64,000 nt of DNA. Source: Phyllobates terribilis (lineage: Eukaryota). The position numbers and the translations under genes were made by a program. Below are positions 1-10,253 of the stretch, one piece after another. Under the pieces are notes generated by a model, which worked only from the letters and a program-made list of their open reading frames with translations, was not told the DNA's origin and did no database searches. Position 1 is the stretch's first letter. Each line of letters begins with the position of its first letter. The stretch lies in NCBI RefSeq assembly GCF_046119375.1, contig NW_027362765.1, forward strand, positions 95,976,001 to 96,040,000. The letters are read 5' to 3'.

Positions 1-622
1 TCACCTCCACCATTATCTCTGCTGCCAGGAGAGGTTACTATGTGTTTCTCTATAGGAGGAGTCACCTGATTCTTAGAATTGTGTGTGTAGAATGGCCGCA
101 ATACTTGTACTATGGTCCATTCATGTCCACTATGAACAGTTGTGTTTCTGGGCTGTATCCTCGCTGCCCTCTGCAGTGTTTTTCCTGTTATTACACATCA
201 CATTCTTATAACTGTCTCTCCCACCCTTGGGTTAAGAGGATCAGGCTTGAGCCGAGTTAATAAACAGGTCAGCACAGATTAGAGATTCTATTCAAAACTC
301 TACTAGGGAAAAAGTGAGTCATTAATCAGAGAAGCAGCAGGAAGTCATTTTGATATGGTTCATTTGTTTGAGTTGAATTTAGGACCTTACAGTTGCAAGG
401 AAGAGATGCCAGACACTGTGCCACACAGTAAAAGTCAATGCCAACCTTAGGAATGTGATCAAATAGAGCTAGGATACGCAGAATGGTTTGGGCCAAAAGA
501 GTGTCCATCACTATGAAGTCTTATGATATTTTTTTAGGTCACCAATCAGATTTAGGTTACATTATTGTTGGGATTTTGATTCCCGTTTGGTCAAGAACCA
601 GCCTAGGGCCCCCTCTCAAGTG

Positions 623-2268
623 TGGCAAAAATTATGGAATCACCGGACTCGGAGGATGTTCATTCAGTTGTTTAATATTGTTGAAAAAAAGCAGATCACA
701 GACATGGTACAAAACTAAAGTCATTTCAAATGGCAACTTTAGGGTTTAAGAAACACTAAAAGAAATCAAGATTTAAAATGTGGTACTCAGTAAGGGTAAT
801 TTTTTTCAGACCAAGCAGAGGGAAAAAATTATGGAATCACTCAATTCTGAGGAAAAAAATATGGAATCACCCTGTAAATTTTCATTTCCAAAACAAACAC
901 CTGCATCAAATTAGATCTGCTCGTTAGTTTGCATCTAAAAAGGAGTGATCACACCTTGGAGAGCTGTTGCACCAAGTGGACTGACATGAATCATGGCTCC
1001 AACACGAGAGATGTCAATTGAAACAAAGGAGAGGATTATCAAAGTCTTAAAAAAAGGTAAATCATCACCCAATGTTGCAAAAGATGTTGGTTGTTCACAG
1101 TCAGCTGTGTCTAAAATCTGCACCAAATACAAACCACATGGGAAGGTTGTTAAAGGCAAACATACTGGTAGACCTAGGAAGACATCAAAGAGTCAAGACC
1201 GGAAACTTAAAGCAATAGGTCTCCAAAACAGGAAATACACAAAACAATTGAGGAACGAATGGGAGGAAACTGGAGTCAATGACTGTGACCGACCTGTAAG
1301 AAACCGCCTAAAGGAAATGGGATATACATACAGAAAAGCTAAACAAAAGCCATCATTAACACCTAAACAGAAAAAAACAAGGTTACAATGGGCTAAGGAA
1401 AAGCAATCGTGGACTGTGGATGACTGGATGAAAGTCATATTCAGTGATGAATCGCGAATCTGCATTGGGCAAGGTGATGATGCTGGAACTTTTGTTTGGT
1501 GCCGTTCCAATGAGATTTATAAAAATGACTGCATGAAGAGAACATGCAAATTTCCACAGTCATTGATGATATGGGGCTACATGTCAGGTAAAGGCCCAAG
1601 TTTAAATGCCCAAGTTTACATTGATATTTTGGACAGTTTTCTTATCCCATCAATTGAAAAGATGTTTGGGGATGATGACATCATTTTTCAATATGATAAT
1701 GCATCCTGCCATAGAGCAAAAACTGTAAAAACATTCCTTGAAAGAAGACACATAAGGTCAATGTCATGGCCTGCCAATAGTCCGGATCTCAATCCAATTG
1801 AAAATCTTTGGTGGAAGTTGAAGAAAATGGTCCATGACAAGGCTCCAACCTGCAAAGCTGATCTGGCAACAGCAATCAGAGAAAGTTGGAGCCAGATTGA
1901 TGAAGAGTACTGTTTGTCACTCATTAAGTCCATGCCTCAGAGACTGCAAGCTGTTATTAAAGCCAGAGGTAGTGCAACAAAATATTAGTGATGTATTGGA
2001 GTGTTCTTTTGTGTGTTTCCATAATTTTTTCCTCAGAATTGAGTGATTCCATAATTTTTTCCCTCTTCTTGGTCTGAAAAAAATTACCCTTACTGAGTAC
2101 CACATTTTTTAACTTGATTTCTTTTAGTGTTTCTTAAAGCCATAAAGTTGCCATTTGAAATGACTTTAGTTTTGCGCCATGTCTGTGATCTGCTTTTTTT
2201 CAACAACATTAAACAACTGAATGAACATCCTCCGAGCCCGGTGATTCCATCATTTTTGCCAGGGGTTG
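623..2268 (+). mobile_element. Tc1/mariner DNA transposon with long IR/DR-type terminal inverted repeats; outer left end damaged
   Basis: About 250-bp TIRs (tggcaaaaattatggaatcacc ... ggtgattccatcatttttgccaggggttg|TA) with an internally repeated aaaaaattatggaatcac motif; encloses a transposase ORF. Confidence 0.92.
993..1988 (+). CDS. Tc1-family DD34E transposase, open frame but with small in-frame deletions
   Basis: Paired-like HTH N-terminus, [35 protein letters not shown]; segment GKGPSLNAQ looks shortened relative to typical Tc1. Confidence 0.88.
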   Translation: MAPTREMSIETKERIIKVLKKGKSSPNVAKDVGCSQSAVSKICTKYKPHGKVVKGKHTGRPRKTSKSQDRKLKAIGLQNRKYTKQLRNEWEETGVNDCDRPVRNRLKEMGYTYRKAKQKPSLTPKQKKTRLQWAKEKQSWTVDDWMKVIFSDESRICIGQGDDAGTFVWCRSNEIYKNDCMKRTCKFPQSLMIWGYMSGKGPSLNAQVYIDILDSFLIPSIEKMFGDDDIIFQYDNASCHRAKTVKTFLERRHIRSMSWPANSPDLNPIENLWWKLKKMVHDKAPTCKADLATAIRESWSQIDEEYCLSLIKSMPQRLQAVIKARGSATKY

Positions 2269-2602
2269 TATAATGCTCAGCTGTTCCAACCATCAAAATA
2301 CACATCCTGCCACTTGAATTGGGTTTTAATGAGGGTGGATGAGGTAGGTACAAATGTACAGCTACAAATCTGATGATTACTCGCACATGTCCTTTGTAGG
2401 AATCCACCCAACTCATTTGTAAAAGGGTCCCCATACTAAAGACGCTGCTGCATCCTATTGACCTGTATTTCTTTAGTAAGTTATTTGCGGACTTCTCTCT
2501 CTTGCAGGTGGGTCTAGAATTCCTACCTTCACCTGGTGTCACCTGGATTTTTTTCCATTTTGCCTGTGAGTCAACAGACGCCAAAGAGGCTCCAAGCTCA
2601 GC

Positions 2603-2748
2603 ATGAATCTTGAGCCAGCAAAGCTGGAGATCAAATCTGCCACACGGGTGACTGGAGGACCTGCCACCCCAAGGAAAGGACCACCAAAATTCAAGCAGCG
2701 GCAGACCAGGCAGTTCAAGAGTAAACCTCCGAAAAAAGGAGTTCAGGG
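2603..2748 (+). CDS. PDE6G: Rod cGMP phosphodiesterase 6 gamma subunit, coding exon 1
   Basis: Manual translation [49 protein letters not shown]; acceptor cag at 2575-2577 upstream of a short 5' UTR part; donor GG|GTAAGA (phase 2). Confidence 0.96.
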
Positions 2749-3053
2749 GTAAGAGAACATGGACCTTGCTAGCTTGATTTCATTGCAAAATGGTCTTTGA
2801 AGAATACTGCAAGGACATTCAGACTCTAAGGTATGTGCTCACTGTCTGGAGCCGGCTGCGGCCCCGACGCTCTGGAATAGACGCGCGGCTTCCGCCCTCA
2901 TTATGCAAATGAGCGATGCCATTTTTTTTTTCCACCTGCGGACTTTCCTCAGCGGTTAGGTCTATGGGGAAAGTCCGCATGCGGACTCGCAGGAGAAATT
3001 GACATGCAGCGTCAAACCCGCAGCGGCTCCGGATCGTGTGCACATATCCTTAA

Positions 3054-3405
3054 AGGGAATCTGTCACCACTTTGGAGCCATCAGACCTCTACTATGGGCA
3101 TACATGGTATAGAAAAGTAAATCTATACATACCTTTATGGCCCATAGTAGAGGTCTGAATGCAGAGAAATGTAGTTTTGGTTTTTCACAGGCTTGGCGTC
3201 CCCCGGATGCCAAGCTATCTCCGCTCATCTGCTTATTATTACACCAAATCCCCGCCTATGTCCACGTTTACTACATTCCCCCCCCCCCTCCCCGCACATC
3301 ACAGGGCACTACCATGGACCATACAGGTATGTATAGATTTACTTTTCTATGCCCTGTATGCCCATAGTAGAGGTCTGATAACTCCAAAGTGGTGACAGAT
3401 TCCCT
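3054..3405. mobile_element. TTAA-targeting non-autonomous DNA element (T2/Kolobok-type MITE)
   Basis: TIR AGGGAATCTGTCACCACTTTGGAG / CTCCAAAGTGGTGACAGATTCCCT with TTAA on both sides (3050-3053, 3406-3409). Confidence 0.85.
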
Positions 3406-3878
3406 TTAAAGGAGTTGTCAGACAAGAAAGAAAAACAAAAAAAACAACACCCCTCTATATTAGAAAACCCCTTTAAAGAGAAATGCAGTGTAATTATCAA
3501 TTAAAGGGATTGTCCACTTTAACTAGTCCCTTTTTGCTAGAAACATTACCTGATAAGCAGATGACTTGATGTTCTACCGCTGGGACGTTAAGGAATGTGA
3601 AGGAATCCAGCAACGAGTGCCCTAATTTGCCTGCAGCGCCACCACAGGTGATATGATGTATTACACAGTTCCTATTCTATGTCAGTATTTCTCAACAGAA
3701 TATTTAAAAAGGACTCACTGGAGCAGAAAACTTCATTAAGAAGTTATTCAAAGGCATTTAGAAGGGTCTGATGTAGATCCTATTGTGATCTTTCATCGGG
3801 GGTCCCCCCCCCCCCCTCACTCCTTCCCCAAAAAAAAAAAAAAAATCACACGTGATGTGTCTGGTATCTCAGCGCAGC

Positions 3879-4865
3879 TGTGGCACCCAAGGAGTCTGGT
3901 TGCCACAGTGGCATTGCCTCCCTCACAAGGGGGTGATGCCATGCCTGGAAGCAAGGAGGGGTCCTCTAATCAGGTTTTGCTAGCATGCAACACTTTCCTG
4001 GCTCCAGACCAGCAAGGGGAGATCCTCCCCTTAGCAACTGGGATCTGGAGGCGGGGTTAGTGAGTGTGAGGAGAACAGACAGGAGTTGAAGTCAGGACGT
4101 CGCCGAGGAAAGACCTAGGGAGTGGAGCTGCACGGCAGCTCACCCCAGAGGAAGCGCAGAAGAACCGGACACCGGAGTCCGAGGTTGTGGGGCACTGAAG
4201 GCCCAGCAGCAGAAACCGGAGGGCAGGAGACTGCAGGTCTCCTGGCCCCATCAGACGCCCGGAGGCTCAGCAGCACATAGGGCCCAGCACCGCCACGTGG
4301 GAGCGACAATCCAGGAAGGCCTGAGCTGCCTGCCATACGGGTGAGAACAGAGATGTTTTACTCAGGGACGAGGGACACAGCATAGCTATACGCAGCAGGG
4401 CCAAAGAGGTAGCGCAAAGGGAAGGCCTACAACTCCACCTGGCTAGGTGGATCCCCCAACTTGCTTCCAGGTCGCCCGGACCTCTACTACCAGCTAGTAC
4501 CCGTGCCTCGGTCTGCCTAACCACCGCAAGTAAAGATGAGAGGAAACCTGCGCCATCACCCTCTGCACTGTACTGCACCTCGAGCGCTACTTCCATAACA
4601 GCAACATCTACACTGTCCTGGAGCTAAGCTCTACCTGTGGAGAGCTAAACCAACTCTGCTGCATTAACAACAGCTCCGCAGCGGCGGCTCCACATAGCCG
4701 CATACCACAGGTGGCGTCACAAACTCTATACAAGAACTATAAATCCCCTATAAATATCCCCTTTTATTGACCGCCCTTGGCCACGACCGGGTCACCGCCA
4801 CTGTGACATCTCCCCTGCACGGACCGGCCCGGCACAGAGTACCCCACGGCTCAGGGGGCGTGTCA
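3879..4865. mobile_element. Solo LTR (Gypsy-like), 987 bp, in PDE6G intron
   Basis: TGTGGCACCC...GGGGGCGTGTCA termini (TG..CA), 4-bp TSD CAGC on both sides; shares 3' motifs (gaccgggtcaccgccact) with 25440-26672. Confidence 0.8.
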
Positions 4866-4930
4866 CAGCCCCATTCATTTCTGTAGAGCAGAGCTTTCAG
4901 AGGTTGTGGAGTAAGACAACTGCAGGTTTA

Positions 4931-5729
4931 GGCTGCGTGCACACGATGCGTTTTTCATGCGTTTCCGCTGCGGAAACGCATGAAAAACGCATGGTAATCC
5001 GCACCCCATGGTCCCCAATGGCATTCCGCAATGTCAATGCACATGCTGCGGATTTTTCCGCAGCGCTCATAAATGCGCAGCATGTTCATCAATTTTGCGG
5101 AAGCGCCGCCATTGACTTGCATTGAGACGCATAGAATCCGTGTCTGTACATTTGTACAAGCGGATTTTATGCGTCTCTATGTGCGGATGGTACCCAGGTC
5201 TGGAGGAGAGAAGACTCTCATCCAGACCTGGGTACCATTGTACCTGTGAAAAAAATAATAAAATAAAAAATAAAGTTTATATTCACCTGTCCGGCGGCCC
5301 CTGCAGGACTTCTCCTTCCAGGACCTGAGATGTTGTCGCGGTCATGTGACCGCAGCCTGTCTCGCGAGATGCCGGCAAGCCAGGAAGGAACCAGGAAGGA
5401 GCGCGACAGCACACGCGGCGGCATCGGAGGTAAGTATAGCTTTTATTTTTTTCTTTTTACGGTCACACTATATAAATCCATGCTGTTTGCATGGATTTAT
5501 ACAGTGTGACCTAGTTGTCAAGCACTTTCCAAGTGATGCTATCGCCTGGAAAGTGCTTGTCAGTCCACATGCGGAAACACATGCGTTAACGCATGTGGAT
5601 ACGCATGTGAATCCGCATGTATTCTGCAGGAAAAACGCATGTACAATCTGCATGCGTTTTTTCTGCCAGGGAGATGCAGATATGCTGCAGAAATTTTCTG
5701 CTTCATTTCTGCATCGTGGGCACATAGCC
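4931..5729. mobile_element. PIF/Harbinger-type MITE, about 800 bp (family copy 1)
   Basis: TIR ggctgcgtgcacacgatgc / gcatcgtgggcacatagcc; internal sequence shared with 43142-43981 and 44049-44886. Confidence 0.8.
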
Positions 5730-5920
5730 GTAGACTATGCAAAAAGTTTATTTTGTCATCTAACTATGGAGACACACAAGTCTGCATAGGAGCTGTGTAC
5801 ATAAAACAATAGCTTTCATTGCTTTGCTTTTGGATGCATTGGAGCACTATAAAAATGGATGCAAAAGCATACACAACTGAAAGTCAATACAGCTAAAATA
5901 TCTCCATCCTTCCCTTACAG

Positions 5921-5961
5921 ATTTGGTGACGACATTCCCGGAATGGAAGGTCTAGGAACAG
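5921..5961 (+). CDS. PDE6G: PDE6 gamma coding exon 2
   Basis: cccttacag|A TTT GGT GAC GAC ATT CCC GGA ATG GAA GGT CTA GGA ACA G|gtgata = FGDDIPGMEGLGT; phases fit the flanking exons. Confidence 0.96.
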
Positions 5962-6822
5962 GTGATACAATCTTTCCATTGTATTATTTCATTATGGAGG
6001 TGAAAGGGTTAAATCGCTGATATTAAGAAAAATGCTGACTTGCATAAAAAAAAAAAAAAAGCAGCAGAGATCCTGAAACCTTTGAGGATTTTAAACAAAC
6101 TGTTTTAGAAAGCTGCAGAACTTTTCACTATACGATGATTCCATGCCTTTTTCAAACCCCAGTCAATTGCAATTTGCCGGCTCTATTATTTCAGTAGAGG
6201 AACTCTGTATCAATAAGAGAGTTGTCCCTTTACGTAAAGCACGAGGCAGGGATGAAACATTTACCCGTTCCCCAACATAAACCACTAGGGAGCTCTCAAC
6301 ACCTTTTAACTACCCTGCAGGACTGACTTTAAAGTGTGCCTCCACCATGGGACTATAAAGATACTGTACATTTCTCATGTAGTCACCCTACCTGGTGCCC
6401 TGTGTTTGCCACCTGTCAGCTTTCTTGGAAGTAGGAGAAACGGAACGGTGACCTGAGCAGAGAAGGCAAATGGAGGGCATCAGGTCACTTTCCAGTCCCA
6501 GGGTGGAGGGTCACTTAATTTTTCACTTCCTTTGACCACCACGGATGCTAGAATGAGCATCCTATACAACCCTACATTTGGAATAACACTCCTTACTCGC
6601 CAAGACCACCAGGGATACTAGGATCAACATCTTCTACTCTAGACCACCAGGGATGGTATGAGAATTTCTTACTCCCAGAGACCACCTGAGATACTAAGAC
6701 CACCAGGTATATTATTATTAACCCAGTAATTACCGCCAGGTGTGGGAGAATGGAAAAAATATAGAAAAATGATATAGTTTGATTAGTTATCAAATACTAC
6801 ATCTGTTGTTATCTCTTTTCAG

Positions 6823-6899
6823 ACATCACCGTCATCTGCCCCTGGGAAGCCTTCAACCACTTGGAGCTGCACGAACTGGCCCAGTATGGCATCATCTAG
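6823..6899 (+). CDS. PDE6G: PDE6 gamma coding exon 3 (terminal)
   Basis: ttttcag|AC ATC ACC ... = [25 protein letters not shown]; spliced total is 87 aa. Confidence 0.97.
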
Positions 6900-8537
6900 A
6901 GACATTGGTCAACCCTGTATTTATTTCCTGGTGGCTGGTCGCTACAGTGAGGTGTAGTGTGTAGGGATCGGTACAGGACAAGGTCACCCAATTTTGCTTT
7001 TCCGAGGTCTTGGTGTTGACCTGCTGGCTTTCTCTTTTGACAAAAAAACAGAAACTTGCACACACATTGCATTGGTCCCAACTAATAGAGATCTCTGCAA
7101 CATCCACCAGGTTGTGCAGCGCGGGAAAATAAATTATGTAAATCTCCAAAAGATTTGAAAAATTTGCTCCTGGCGTCATTACCAAGCATTGACCACAACA
7201 TATATTATCTGGGATTAAATTATGTTATCTCCATTTTTGGAAAAATCTGCCCCCATCTATTAGCATTAGGGACCGTGTTGGCACCAATAAACCATTCTGC
7301 CATGATCAGGGTATTTAGGCACAGAACCAAGGGTATGAAATAGCCTTCCTTCATCCTGGGCAAAAAAATCTATGACGGTCACCCAACTCCAATCACTCAT
7401 GATGGCATCCCTCTCATCAGACCCTACAATAGAGCACAAATCCCTAATCTTTTTATTTTGGGAAGAAGAAGCCTTCTTCGGTGTCCTTTATTACCCTCTA
7501 TTGGGAGACACAGACAAGTAGGTGGAGCTATTGCTTAGGTGAAGGGGATGTCAGACTTTCTGATAATATAAAGTATATTGTATCGGCTACATTTTTTTGC
7601 CCATATTTTGGGTACTGTATGTCTTACCTCCCCTGTTTAGTTTTTAGTTGTATCATGTCATAATCCAAAATTATGTAATAAAAAAAAAACATTTTTGGTA
7701 GATATGTTTTATTGTATGTCTTTACGCCCTTTCAAGGATCTCTGGTTGAGAGGCAGGTTTCTGAAGCAGGAACCTCTCCCCACCACTCTGTCCGCAGTAA
7801 AGAAACATATCACTTATCAGAAGGATAGGGGCATGAAGGATCACGCTAGCAATCAACTGACAAAGGAGTAAAATGCTTGTTCACCGGCTGATTGGATCAT
7901 TAATTTTGGCAGAACATCATCCTATGTAGACAGGATATATTTTGCCGATAATATGATCGTTCTGTGCTCATATAATCTCATTAACAATTGTTCTGTGTTC
8001 ACAGAATTCTGGTCAGTTTGTCATAACAGGCCATCAAAAGACTGCCTATTGTGTTGTACAGTATATAACCGTATGGCTTTATATACCCCAACAGACTGTA
8101 AATACCCTACTACTGGGACCCCCACCGATCCCGAGAACAAGGCTCTGAAAAGTTCTGTTAGAACGCATCTGTACCCATGAGACAGAGAGAGCATATCAGA
8201 GCCCGATTCTCAGGATTTGTGTGGGTCCCAGTGGTCGTTCCCCCCACCAGTCTGCAAGTTATAACGTACCAATTTTTTTCCTTTTATACAACTATTATGT
8301 TTTGCGTTACTGCATCCAAATAAATTATGGACGGTTAGTACCAACCCTGCCAGCAGGTGACAACTCCAGACCCAAATCTTACTGTGGACATTAAGAGCAT
8401 GTGCGCACTACATATTTTAGATGATGGCATACCCACATCATTTTTAATACAGAAGAAACCAGTAGCGTTTTCCCTGAAGAATTTTTACTAACGTGATTTT
8501 TTGGTGCTGCGCCGCTTTTTTTAAATTCCATATTATA

Positions 8538-8542
<5 letters not shown>

Positions 8543-8598
<56 letters not shown>
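8543..8598. repeat. (TA)n microsatellite
   Basis: Direct inspection; sits where the left TIR of the interrupted Tc1 would be. Confidence 0.95.
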
Positions 8599-8601
<3 letters not shown>

Positions 8602-9617
8602 CTACCTGTCCACTTAGGAAGCAACACTGATTGTGAATCAATTTCTCCTGCTGTTGTGCAAATGGAACAGACAACTAGTAGAAATGATAGACAATTAGCA
8701 AGATACCCTCTATAAAGGAGCGGTACTGCAGGTGGTGACCACAGACCATTTCTCTGTTCTCATCCTTTTTGGCTGTTGTTACAGTCCCTTTTTCATTTTG
8801 CCATTGCTCTTGTTATGCACACGCCCGGGCTAAGCGGCGTGTGCGTGTGATTGGTAGTGATTCCACTGGACCGTGCCGGAGAGTGAATGCCTGGAGGGGC
8901 GTGACTAAGTATTCACCCGATCCGACCAGGGTCGCACGACGGCATACGACGCCAGTGCACCAAGGAGGAACCGAGCAGAGGGACCAGGTGCTACTCCAGG
9001 ACAGACCCCGGACACGGCTGTTGACCCACACAGGGGAATACAGGAACAGGCTGGTAGGCTGGCACACAGACTGGTGGGTATAGGCAGGCACGACTGGTAT
9101 GCAGGCAGGCGGGTATGCAGGCAGGGGGGTAAAGGCAAGCACAGCTAGAGTGCAGACAGGGAGGCACTAGCAGGTAGGAACACAGGCGGGATAGGACCCA
9201 GTACACACCGGGACTCAGGAACATTACAGGCAGAGGGGTACAGGCAGGGCAGGACAGGACTGCCGGAGCAGCGGGCAGAAGCAGGGCAGGACAGGACTGC
9301 CGGAGCAGAACGGACAGGACTCTGTACACACGGAACAGACAGGAAGGGAAAGGCAGAGCCAGATACCCACAGGGTACTTGCAGTGAAGTAGCGAGGGGAC
9401 CACAAACTCACAAACGGGAGTACAGAGACAACAAGCAGGAGTTAGGTACGAGTTCAGACTCTGCAGAAAAAGGAAGGGAACGGACATAGAGGAAAAACAG
9501 GTAAAGGATAGGAGAGAGTTCAGACTGGAACTGAGTGTACGGAGGGGACCGACACTGCAGCGGGATACAGGAGTGGGTCTGGGAATACTGCCCCCAGAGA
9601 GGCGGGACGAACAGGCA

Positions 9618-9805
9618 AGGAGCGTGTTCAGACAGGACAGACAAAATACAGGAGCGGGTCTAGGTAATCGGCCCCTAGAAGGCGGGAGGAACAGGCTAGG
9701 AGCGTGTTCAGACAGGACAGACAAAATACAGGAGCGGGTCTAGGTAATCGGCCCCTAGAAGGCGGGAGGAACAGGCTAGGAGCGTGTTCAGACAGGACAG
9801 ACAAG
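9618..9805. repeat. 80-bp tandem repeat (about 2.3 copies) inside LTR; also at +3492 and +6984
   Basis: aggagcgtgttcagacaggacagaca recurs at 9618, 9698, 9778. Confidence 0.9.
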
Positions 9806-9816
9806 ATACACAGAAA

Positions 9817-10126
9817 GGACTCAGTTCAGACACGGGAACTAATACCGCAAAGCAGGAGACATACAGGACTCAGTTCAGACACGGGAACTAATACCGCAAA
9901 GCAGGAGACATACAGGACTCAGTTCAGACACGGGAACTAATACCGCAAAGCAGGAGACATACAGGACACAGTTCAGACACGGGAACTAATACCGCAAAGC
10001 AGGAGACATACAGGACACAGTTCAGACACGGGAGCTGATACCGCAAAGCAGGAGACATACAGGACACAGTTCAGACACGGGAGCTGATACCGCAAAGCAG
10101 GAGACATACAGGACTAAGTTCAGACA
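9817..10126. repeat. 49-bp tandem repeat (about 6.3 copies) inside LTR; also at +3492 and +6984
   Basis: ggactcagttcagacacgggaactaataccgcaaagcaggagacataca recurs every 49 bp. Confidence 0.92.
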
Positions 10127-10253
10127 GGCCTGGAAATACAGCCTCCAGGAAAGGCAGACAAGGAAACAAAGACGAGACCTGGCACCTTCAGAGTGCAAGC
10201 ACACACTGAAGGAAAACACTATGCTCAGGCAGGGATAGAAGGGAGCTGCTGAG

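Noticed and set aside
230-560. CRX-like TAATC/GATTA motifs as PDE6G promoter
   Set aside because: Short motifs expected by chance; non-coding exon 1 could not be located from sequence alone.
6530-6712. Cluster of gaccaccag motifs resembling GLI sites in the last PDE6G intron
   Set aside because: Mismatch to GACCACCCA and irregular spacing; more likely a decayed repeat.
9817-10126. Regularly spaced repeats superficially like a CRISPR array
   Set aside because: Units are contiguous with no unique spacers, the context is a eukaryotic LTR, and there are no cas genes.
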